From contig NIVC01002518.1 in the NCBI GenBank assembly GCA_002269645.1, forward strand, positions 1 to 64,000: a DNA stretch of 64,000 bases, read 5' to 3'. The translations under genes and the position numbers were made by a program. The notes below the pieces were generated by a model. The model searched no databases. It worked only from the letters and a program-made list of their open reading frames with translations, and was not told the DNA's origin. The stretch comes from Macrostomum lignano (lineage: Eukaryota). Each line of letters opens with the position of its first letter. The first letter of the stretch is position 1. Of this stretch, positions 23,560 through 34,955 are shown one piece after another.

Positions 23560-26252
23560 CTAGCAATTTAAGCCCCCGTTGGGGGGCGCAAAAATGACGC
23601 AAGTGGTTTTTATTTTGGCCAATGAGTAATAACCTTACTTATTATTCAAAATCCAATCAAAACTTACTTTTTCAAATTTTTGGCAAAAATAAATTGCCAT
23701 GAATCAAAACCTTCACCAGCCAAAGTTTCCTTCATCAGCCCAAAACCCTTTCTCATTCAGCAAATAGTACTTATCCTTTCAAGCACAAACTCTTAGTGCA
23801 TATCGTCATTGGCCTGGGCATATTCTGGTCCGCAGCAGGAGCTCAATATGCCATAAGCCTTGATAACATCTCAATAATTTCCCCAGTAAGCTTTGTCATC
23901 GCAGAAATCCCCCCAGTAAGCCTTGATATCGCAGCAATTCCCTCAATAAGCCTTGACATCGCAGCAACGCAAAGGCGAGCCTTGGCATCAACGCAATTCT
24001 CCCAGCCCAGTAAGCCTTGACATCTCAGAAATTTCCCCAGTAAGCCTCGAAATCGCAGCAATTACCCCGGTAAGCCTTGACATCTCAGAAATTTCCCCAG
24101 TAAGCCTCGACATCGCAGCAATTACCCCATTAAGCCTTGAAATCTCAGAAATCCCCCCAGTAAGCCTTGACATCTCAGCAATTCCCCAGTAAGCCTTGAC
24201 ATATCAGTAATTCCCCCCAGTAAGCCTTGACATCTCAGCAATTCCCCCAGTAAGCCTTGAAATCTTATAAATTCCCCCAGTAAGCCTTGAAGTCTCAGTA
24301 ATTCCCTCAGTAAGCCTTGACATCTCAGTAATTCCCCAGTAAGTCTCGAATCTCAGTAATTCCCCAGTAAGTCTCGAATCTCAGTAATTCCTCCAGTAAG
24401 TCTTGACATCTCACAATTCCCCCAGTAGGCCCTGAAATCTCAGCAATTCCCCCCAAGTAAGCCTTGATATCTCAGTAATTCCCCCAGTAAGCCTTAACAT
24501 CTCAGCAATTCCCCCATTAAGCCTTGAAATCTCAGAAATTCACCCAGTAAGCCTTGGCATCTCAGTAATTCCCCCAGTAAGCCTAGAAATCTCAGCAATT
24601 CCCCCAGTAAGCCTTGACATTTCAGCAATTCCCCCAGTTAGCCTTGACCTCTCAGTAATTCCCCCAGTAAGCCTAGAAATCTCAGCAATTCCCCCAGTAA
24701 GCCTTGACATTTCAGCAATTCCCCAAGTTAGCCTTGACCTCTCAGCAATTCCCCCAGTAAGCCTTGACATCTCAGCAATTCCCCCAGTAAGCCTTGAAAT
24801 CTTATAAATTCCCCCAGTAAGCCTTGAAGTCTCAGTAATTCCCCCAGTAAGCCTTGACAACTCAGCAATTCCCTCAGTAAGCCTTGACATCTCAGTAATT
24901 CCCCAGTAAGTCTCGAATCTCAGTAATTCCCCAGTAAGTCTCGAATCTCAGTAATTCCTCCAGTAAGTCTTGACATCTCACAATTCCCCCAGTAGGCCCT
25001 GAAATCTCAGCAATTCCCCCCAAGTAAGCCTTGATATCTCAGTAATTCCCCCAGTAAGCCTTAACATCTCAGCAATTCCCCCATTAAGCCTTGAAATCTC
25101 AGCAATTCCCCCAGTAAGCCTTGACATTTCAGCAATTCCCCCAGTTAGCCTTGACCTCTCAGTAATTCCCCCAGTAAGCCTAGAAATCTCAGCAATTCCC
25201 CCAGTAAGCCTTGACATTTCAGCAATTCCCCAAGTTAGCCTTGACCTCTCAGCAATTCCCCCAGTAAGCCTTGACATCTCAGCAATTCCCCCAGTAAGCC
25301 TTGACATCTCAGCAATTCCCCCAGTAAGCCTTGACCTCTCAGCAATTCCCCCAGTAAGCCTCGACATCGCAGCAATTACCCCATTAAGCCTTGAAATCTC
25401 AGAAATCCCCCCAGTAAGCCTTGACATTGCAGCAATTAAACTCGAGCCTCGGCATCTACGCAATTCTCCCAGTCCAGTAAGCCTCGAGATCGCAGCAATT
25501 ACCCCAGTAAGCCTTGACATCTCAGCAATTCCCCCAGTAAGCCTTGAAATCTCAGCAATTCCCCCCACCCCCAGTAAGCCTTGACATCTCAGTAATTTCC
25601 TCAGTAAGCCTTGACATCTCAGTATTTCCCCCAGTAAGCCTTGACATCTCAGCAATTCCTCCCAGTTAGCCTTTGGCTGGTGAAGGTTTTGATTCATGGC
25701 AATTTATTTTTGCCAAAAATGAGAAAAAGTAAGTTTTGATTAATGAATTTTGAATAATAAGTAAGGTTATTACTCATTGGCCAAAATAAAAACCACTTGG
25801 CGTCATTCTTGCGTCCCCCAACGGGGGCTTAAATTGCTAGTAGTTGCTTTTAATCAAAAAATGTTCGATTAGTCCAGGCACAAGCTAAAAATAAATGAAA
25901 ATTAAAAATTTAATATATTTTTATCTCCCACGTGCATACTCTGAAGCTTGCGAATAATTTAATTATTTATAGCTCGTAGCATCAGCTCAAGAAGTTAAAG
26001 TTTAGTCTATGGCCATAGACGTATTATTATTTTTCGAGCTCTCACTGCGAGAAAAATACACTAATTAGATAGGGAAAATACAGTTTTTTGAATATTTAAG
26101 ACCTTTAGAAGTGAAGCAGATAAAAGAAATTTTGAACCATACAATCCTTGGCTGAGTTGCAATTTTTTGGTGAAAACGCTATCAAAATTGGTCAAGAATT
26201 GCAGTCTGTGGAGCGTTTTACACGGACATAGATTAGAGATTTAGTATATATA
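23560..26252 (-). mobile_element. Helitron-like unit L with an internal inverted copy of its own 3' end (25673-25840); 30-bp array 23860-25670
   Basis: Hairpin + CTAG at 23560; a plus-strand cccccaacggggg-cttaaattg-CTAG|T ends at 25840. Confidence 0.8.
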
Positions 26253-29200
26253 CTAGCAATTTAAGCCCCCCATTGGGGGACGCAAGAATGACGCCAAATG
26301 GTTTTTATTTTGGCCTATGAGTAATAACCTTACCCCCAGTAAGCCTTGACATCTCAGTGATTCCCCCAGTAAGCCTTGACATCTCAGCAATTCCCCCAAA
26401 TAAGCCTTGACATCTCAGCGATACCCCCAGTAAGCCTTGTCATCTCAGCAATTCCCCCAGTTGCCATGAATCAAAACCTTCACCAGCCAAAGTTTCCTTC
26501 ATCAGCCCACAAGCCTTTCTCATTCAGCAAATAGTACTTATCCTTTCAAGCACAAACTCTTAGTGCATATCGTCATTGGCCTGGGCGTATTCTGGTCCAC
26601 AGCAGGAGCTCAATATGCCATAAGCCTTGATGACATCTCATCAATTTCCCCAGTAAGCCTTGACATCTCAGAAATTCCCTTAGTAGGCCTTGACATCTCA
26701 CCAATTCCCCCAAGTAAGCCTTGACATTTCAGTAATTCCCCCAGTAAGCCTTGACAACTCAGCAATTCCCCCAGTAAGCCTTGACATCTCAGTAATTCCC
26801 CCAGTAAGCCTTGACATCTCAGCAATCCCCCAGTAAGCCTTGAAATCTCAGAAATTCCCCCAGTAAGCCTTGAAGTCGCAGCAATTCCCCCAGTAAGCCT
26901 TGACAACTCAGCACTTCCCCCAGTTAGCCTTGACATCTCAGCAATTCCCCAGTAGGCCTTGACATCTCAGCAATTCCCCCAGTAAGCTTTGACATCTCAG
27001 AAATTCCCTTAGTAGGCCTTGACATCTCAGCAATTCCCCCAGTAAGCTTTGACATCTCAGAGATTCCCTTAGTAAGCCTTGAAATCTCAGCAATTCCTTT
27101 CAGTAAGCCTTGACAATTCAGCAATTCCCCCCAGTAAACCTTGACAATTCAGCAATTCCCCCAGTAAGCCTTGACATCTCAGCAATTCCCCCCAGTAAGC
27201 CTTGAAATCTCAGTATCTCCCCAGTAAGTCTCGAATCTCAGTAATTCCTCCAGTAAGTCTTGACTTCTCACAATTCCCCCAGTAGGCCTTGACAACTCAG
27301 CAATTCCCCCAGTAAACCTTGAAATCTCAGAAATTCCCCCAGTAAGCCTTGAAGTCTCAGCAATTCCCCCAGTAAGCCTTGTCATCTCAGCAATTCCCCC
27401 AGTTGCCATGAATCAAAACCTTCACCAGCCAAAGTTTCCTTCATCAGCCCAAAAGCCTTTCTCATTCAGCAAATAGTACTTATCCTTTCAAGCACAAACT
27501 CTTAGTGCATATCGTCATTGGCCTGGGCGTATTCTGGTCCACAGCAGGAGCTCAATATGCCATAAGCCTTGATGACATCTCATCAATTTCCCCAGTAAGC
27601 CTTGACATCTCAGAAATTCCCTTAGTAGGCCTTGACATCTCACCAATTCCCCCAGTAAGCCTTGATATCTCAGAAATTCCTTTAGTAAGCCTTGATATTT
27701 CAGAAATTCCTTTAGTAAGCCTTGATATCTCAGAAATTCCTTTAGTAAGCCTTGATATCTCAGAAATTCCTTTAGTAAGCCTTGACATCTCACCAATTCC
27801 CCCAGTAGGCTTTGAAATCTCAGAAATTCCCTTAGTAGGCCTTGACATCTCAGCAATTCCCCCAGTAAGCTTTGACATCTCAGAAATTCCCTTAGTAGGC
27901 CTTGACATCTCAGCAATTCCCCCAGTAAGCTTTGACATCTCAGAGATTCCCTTAGTAAGCCTTGAAATCTCAGCAATTCCCCCAGTAAGCCTTGACAACT
28001 CAGAAATCCCCCCCAGTGAGCCTTGACATCTCAGCAATCCCCCCCCCCCCAGTATGCCTTAATATCTCAGATGCTTCACCAGCAGTTTAGCAATGCATCG
28101 TCACCAGAAGTTTAGCAATTTGTTCACCAGAAGTTTAGCAATTTGTTCACCAGCAGTTAGCAATGGTTCACCACCAGTTTAGCAATGGCTCACCAGCACT
28201 GTTTTGCACAATCAGGGCCACTAATCGCCATATGCATCGCAATAATCGAAACCATTTGAAATGTATACAACTTGCAGTTGAAATTAGATTTGCAATCTCC
28301 TAAATTTTTAATACTTTATTGTATGCGTCAGATTAGCACTGCTCTCTCAGATTACTAATACATGTACCCTATGCAAATGAACACTTACAGCAGATTAGCA
28401 ATGCCGCTCGAACTGCCGACCTTCTACTAAAAGCCTTATACTATTCAAGAAGTTTAGTAACTTCAGCAGTTTGAAGTTAACCCTTCCCCCAGAAATTGGT
28501 AGTTATCGCCACAACAATCTGAAAAGCTATCCCTTCTAATCCCGCAAACAAACTGCAGTCAAACTATTAGCAGCCTGCAGATTAAACAATTATCCACTCA
28601 GTGGCCTAGAATTGTCTTCTCAGCAAACTTAGCAGTCCGCAGGAATCAACTCAACAATCCACTCAAAACTCTGAAGATAATTATCCACTCAATAGTTTGC
28701 AGCTATACGCTCTTAAGTCTGGAAGATCTATATGATTCATGAACGATCTCTTTGACAATCTGCAGTTCCCCTCAGAAGTCTACAGTCAATCCATTTGCAG
28801 TCAGCAAGAGTTTCCTTAATTGTTGAGTTGATTCCTGCGGACTGCTAAGTTTGCTGAGAAGACAATTGGCAGTCTTTTGCACATCAATGCAACGAAGATT
28901 TTGCATCGTCTGCAATTTAGCGATTAGTCCAGGTAGGCACAAGCTACAAATAAATGAAAATTTTATTTCATTTTATCTTATCTCCCACGTGCATACTCTG
29001 AAGCTTGCGAATATTTAATTATTTATAGCTTGTAGCATCAGCTCAAGAAGTTAAAGTTTAGTCTATGGCCATAGACGTATTATTATTTTTCGAGCTCTCA
29101 CTGCGAGAAAAATACACTAATTAGATAGGGAAAATACAGTTTTTTGAATATTTAAGACCTTTAGCATTGAAGCAGATAAAAGAAATGTTAACCATACAAT

Positions 29201-29381
29201 CCTTGGTTGAGTTGCAACTTTTTGGTGAAAACGCGATCGAAATTGGTCATGAATTGCAGTCTGTAGAGCGTTTTACACGGACAGACAGACAGACATAGAT
29301 TAGAGATTTAGTATATAGAAGATTATGGACAAGCAAGCAAGCAAGCAAGCATACAAATATTAGAGATTTAGTATATTTAGA
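26253..29381 (-). mobile_element. Helitron-like unit M; 30-bp arrays 26330-28065
   Basis: Hairpin + CTAG at 26253; stacked 5' ends at 29319 and 29381. Confidence 0.8.
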
Positions 29382-29393
29382 AGATTAGATAGA

Positions 29394-32300
29394 CTAGCCA
29401 TTTAGCCCCCCGCTGGGGAGCCATAAAATGAAACCAATTGGTTTTTATTTTGACCCAAGAGTAACCTTACTATAATTATCCAAAATGTTGATTTCCATTA
29501 TTCAAAAATTACCTTTTCTCATTTTAGCAAAAATAAATCGCCATGAATCAGAACTTTCATCAGCCATAGTTTCCTTCATCAGCCCAAAACCCTTTCTCAA
29601 TCAGCAAATAGTGCTGATCCTTTCAAGCACAAACTCTTAGTGCATATCGTCGCTGGCCGGGGCATATTCTTATCCGCAGCAAATATGCAAATGATTGACG
29701 GCCTTAGACCCTCTCTCTTAATTAGCCTAAATCAAAGAATGAAACCTTAAATAAATGCGCTGGTATTTCCTATTAGCAGAAATCAGCATCACTTGTGTGT
29801 ACTATTTCACTATCTGAATTACATGAGCTACTTCAGCCGTACTACCTGACTATCTGACAATCGCCCAACAACCTAACACCCCCAACAATTCAGCCATCGT
29901 CCATGAGCCTTGTCATCTTAGCAATTCCCCCAGTAAGCCTTGACATATCAGCAATTCCCCCCAGTAAGTCTTGACATCTCAGCAATTCCCCCAGTAAGCC
30001 TTGAAATCTCAGCAATTACCCCCCGTAAGCCTTGACAAAAATTGCTAAGAATTGCTAAGAATATGCAACTTAGCTAACAATTGCTAATACTTGCTAAGAA
30101 TTGCTGAGAAGCCTTGAGATCTCAGCAATTCCCCCAGTAAGCATTGACATCTCAGTGATTCTCCCAGTAAGCCTTGAAATATTAGCGATTCCCCCACAAA
30201 GACTTCACATCTTAGCAATTGCCGCAGTAAGCCTTGAAATCTCTGCAATTCCCCCAGTAAGCCTTAACATCTCAGCAATTCCCCAATAAGCCTTGACATC
30301 TGAGGAATCCCCCAGTAAGCCTTGAAATCTAAGCATTTCCCCAGTAAGCCTTGAAATCTCAGCATTCCCCAGAAAGCCTTCACATTTTAGCAATTCCCAG
30401 TAAAACTTGACATCTTAGCAATTCCCAGTAAGACTTGACATCTCAGCAGTTCCCCCATTAAGCATCGAAATCGCAGCAATTAAACTCGAGCCTTGACATC
30501 TACGCAGTTCTCTCAGCTGAGTAAGCCTTGACATCCCAACAACCCAACTCCCCTCCCCCAAGAATTCAGCAATCCCCTTATGAGCCTTGATACCTCAGCA
30601 ATTTCTTCATAAGCCTTGTCAACTCAGCGATTCCATTCATGAGCTTTGATATCTTAGCAACTCCCATCTTAGCAAGTCTTTAGTTGATGGTTAACAGAGT
30701 GGTTATTCTATGATTGAACCAAAACTGACCCTAAGCCCCTAACCCTAACCCATAAGTGAGTCTTGGCATGTTAGCAATCTCCCCCGTGAGCCTTGAGCCT
30801 GAGCATTTAAGTAACTTCCTCATAAGCTTTGAAATATAAATTTCACCGAAAGCCTTGAACTGTCAGCAATTCCCGAAGAGCCAAAGCATATAACTAATTC
30901 GCCCCAAGAGCCTTTAATCTTAGAAATTCCTTAATGAATCATTTATGATTGACACGACGATCGCTCTAATTAAACTCAAACCCTAACCCTTAACCTGCAG
31001 CCGAGTCACAGCATTTCAGCAACTCCCTCTCTCAGCCCAAGAATTTCAGCAATTCCCCAATGAGCTTTTGAAATCTTAGCAATTTTCCCATGAGCATGAA
31101 ACTTTAGCGACTAACCTTTTGATATCTTGGCACTTTCACATGAGTCTTATGGCTGAAAACTAACCCTGCCAAGTCACAGCATTTCAACAAATACCCAATG
31201 AACCTTGACATTTCCTGAATTTCAGCTATTCGCTTTAGGAGCCTTTGAAATCTCAGTCATTCCCCCGTGAATCTTAGCATCTCAGCAATACCCAAGAGTC
31301 ACAGCCTACAGCATTACAGGGATCCCCCGTGAGCTTTGAAATCTCAGCTATTCCCCAATGAGCCTTGATATCTCAGCAACTCCTATTTGAGCCACAAAAT
31401 TTCGGCAATATGAGCAGGTACTGCAATCACAACAATCCCCCTGAGCATTGAGCCACATTATAATTCGGATATCCCCCCCAAGAGCCTTTACAACTTAGCA
31501 ATTCCCCAATGAGTATTTAATGTTAGACAGGCCTATTTATTTATATGGTTTACGTCTTACTCTTACCCTAACATTGTCGGCAATTCCCTCAAGAGCCACA
31601 GCATTCCAGAAATTATTTCCATGAGCCTTGACAGCAAATAATTTTAATGAGCCTTGATACCTCAGAAAATTCTCAAATGAAATTTGTAATCAAAGCAATT
31701 CTGCCTAGAATCACATCAGTATAGGAATTTCCCTCTGAGACTTGACAAGACATCTCAGAATTTCTCTCATGGGCCTTGATCTGGCCCATGGCCCAGTAAG
31801 CCTTGAAATCTCAATAATTCCCCAGTAAGCCTTGACATCTCAGAAATTCCCTCATTAAGATCGACATCGCAGCAATTGAACTCAAGCTTTGAAATCAAAG
31901 CAATTCTCCCCAGAATCACATCATTATAGCAATTACCGCTGAGCCTTGAGATCTTAGAAATTCTCCCATGAGTCTTGATATCACAGAAATTTTCCATACC
32001 AGCCTTGACATCTTAGCAATTCACATTGAGTATTTTATTCTCGACAGACCGCTTCTTTTATGGTTGACATGATGATTCTTTTGTCGCTTTTTCTTGTGTT
32101 GAGTTTTCTTCTGTTTAAAGTAGCATTTATTAAAAACTTACAGTGGTTTACCATCACTTTAGCAATGGTTTACCATCACTTTAGCGATGGTTCACCAGCA
32201 GTTTAGCAATGGTTCACCAGCAGTTTAGCAATGGTTCACCAGCAGTTTAGCAATGATTCACCAGCAGTTTAGCAATGGTTCACCGGCACTGTTCCGCAAA

Positions 32301-34631
32301 ATCTGGGAGCAGATGGCTACTGATCTCCATATGCTTCTCAATAATCGAAACCATTTGAAATGTTTGCAACTTGCAGTTTAAAATTGATTTGCAATTCTCT
32401 TGCATATTTATTAATTCATTGTACGTCAGATTAGCACTGCTCACCCAGATTAGACCCTTTGCAAATTAGCACTTACAGCAGATTAGCACTGCTCTAGAAG
32501 ACTAACGCAGCCCCAGCAAAAGTATCTTTAAATTTAAGTGTTTACCATCTCCATGAATCTGCATAGTATGCAATCATTATTGTCACAGGTCATAAAGATA
32601 AATTCGCTGCTTCAATGCAGGCTCGAACTGCTGACATCAAAGCATTCTGTTTGCTTCTGCTTGATACTGCCTGCCTACTGCGGCTATTGTGCCTATTGAC
32701 ATGTGGTCGAAATAATCTAGTTTAGCAACTTCAGCCGTTTGAAGTTAACCCCCGGAAATCGGCATTTATCCCCACAACAACCTGAAATTATCCCTTCATC
32801 TAATCCCGCAAAAAGACTGCAGTTATTTCTTAGCAGCCGGCATTTATCATCCACTTTGCATTTTAAAACTTTTATTAAAATTAAGAATGCATACCCTCAG
32901 CGGCATAGAATTGTCCCCTTAGCCAAAAATATTTCACTTAGCAGCCGCAGAAATCCCCTAAACAACTTGTACTTAGTCTTCCACAGTAAATATCCACTCA
33001 AAACTCAATAGTTAGTTATAAGCCTCAGAAGTCTGCCATTATCCTCTAATTAGTCCGCAGTTTTCCCTCTCAGCAGTCTGCAGCTATACGCTCATACGTC
33101 TGGAGGAACTACCTCAGCAGTTTGCAGTTGTTTCCCCTTTGCAATCTGCAATGATCCCTTCGACAGTCTGCAGTTCCCCTCAGCAGTCTGCAGTCATTTC
33201 ATTTTCAGTCTACAACTGTACCATTAACGATTTTCATTCATTCTCTCAGCAGCCTGCAGTTCTCCTCTCGGCCGGCTCCTCAGTCTCCTCTGCAAACTGC
33301 AATTTGCTCAGAATTGTACGGCTCACTAATCAATTTTCGATACATATCGGCAGTCTTGAAAAGCTCAGCATTTAGCAGCATTTTCTGCAGTTTAGTAGTT
33401 TCGTACTTTTATGGAGCTAGACAATACCCATTGATGGGATCAGTTATACTCGAAGCAGTTTTTACAAATCAAATTTGATTAGTGGCTTGTGCCGAGTAGC
33501 AAAAAATGAATTGCTAATTAATAAAAAAATGTTTCAATTGAAATTAAATAAAAATGTTTCAATTAGTCCAGGCACAATCTATAAATTATTGAATTATTTG
33601 AATTTTTATTATCCGCCGGGGAGGCAGACTCGAACCTTGGACCTTACGTCTAGCCTAAACCTAGTCCTAAGTGCCTACACTGCGGCTACTCCGCCTATTG
33701 ATGGGAGGACAACAAAATCAGCCATATATGCTTCAGAACTGCATTTAAATACATAGCAGTGATAGGCTGCTCAGTGTGTAGGCGTGCAGGCGGAGCCAAT
33801 GCACAGTTGATTGAGTGAAATCTATAAATAGCAATTTTCTATGGAGTCCGCCAGTCAGAGCCAGGGTCAGAATGTACACACGCAGCCACTGAGCATTTTT
33901 TCTCCTTGCACACTGCAACCAGTATTGAAGCTTACACAGTGGAGAGAGAAAAGTTATGGCGCAATCATAATTGGAATTGGAATTCAGCCAGTCCAGTCAA
34001 GAATTCAACCTTGCTTGGCCTTCCATTAAAAGCATTGGGAAAACTCGTTTTTCGAATATTTGATACCTTTAGCATTAAAGCCAATTAAAGAAATTTTAAC
34101 TGTCTTCTTTCCAGTTAATTACAAATCTTTTCGTAAAAACGCGATTAAAATTGGTCAATTGGTTCTATCTCTAGAACGTTATGCAAATACTAACACAAAT
34201 TCTCTTCGAGTGAAAGTCACACGAAGCAGCTATGACATAATCAAATACTCAGGCAGTCAGCATCAGTCTCAATTAAAGTTAGCAATATGGTTACGCAATT
34301 TCTGTCTTTCAACTTGGCACAGTGTTTTCAACTTGTTGTGATGCAATCTTTATCAAAATCAGAATTCAGTCAGTCGGTTTTTCTCTAGCATTCTTACAGC
34401 GCATTTCAAGTCGAAAGAGCTGCTTGACCTTTGCAAAAAAGCATGTTTTTCGAATATTTAATCCCTTAAGCATTGAAGCAGATACAGGAAATTTTAACTG
34501 TCTTCTTTCCAGACAATTTTGAATCTTTTGGCGAAAACGCGATCAAAATCGGTGAAGAATTGCAATCTCTAGAGCGTTATGGACAAGCAAGCATTCAAAC
34601 ATACAAAGCTTAGAGATTTAGTATATTTAGA
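29394..34631 (-). mobile_element. Composite Helitron-like unit N (related to unit B)
   Basis: CCCCAGCGGGGG hairpin + CTAG at 29394; 5' end at 34631; 30-bp array at 29905-30660 decaying rightwards; two 5'-region copies. Confidence 0.75.
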
Positions 34632-34707
34632 TTAGAAGAAGACTAGAGCGTTATGGACAAGCAAGCAAGCAAGCATACAAACCTTAGAGATTTAGTATAT
34701 TTAGATT

Positions 34708-34898
34708 TGTAAGACCAGAATTGCGAGAAAATCAGTACGAGGGCTCAAAGGCCAAGTTAGTCGATATATATATTTGTCATTCACTATGTACGCGCGTACA
34801 TTTCGATCGATATAGGTTCAGGTGAATAAAAGCGTGCCCAACCCCCCAGCGCAGGCCAACCCCCAAAACAGCCAACACAACGAACACCAAAACTCACA
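34708..34898 (-). repeat. 3' LTR (191 bp)
   Basis: tgtaagacc...aaaactcaca; matches 39485-39675. Confidence 0.97.
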
Positions 34899-34911
34899 CC
34901 ACTTTCCCCCC
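34899..34911 (-). promoter_or_regulatory. Polypurine tract
   Basis: GGGGGGAAAGTGG immediately upstream of the 3' LTR on the minus strand. Confidence 0.85.
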
Positions 34912-34955
34912 AAGCACGAGGAATAAAACTCTATGGCAAAAGTTCAAAAAAAGGT

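Noticed and set aside
12980-28065. CRISPR-like appearance of 30-bp repeats with interspersed modules
   Set aside because: The units are contiguous tandem monomers without unique spacers; eukaryotic context; no cas genes.
5292-30393. Many 60-240 aa ORFs such as MSRLTGGIAE / LLRCQGLLGE / ISAIPPVSLD
   Set aside because: Translations of the 30-bp minisatellite, open in several frames; not LRR or other proteins.
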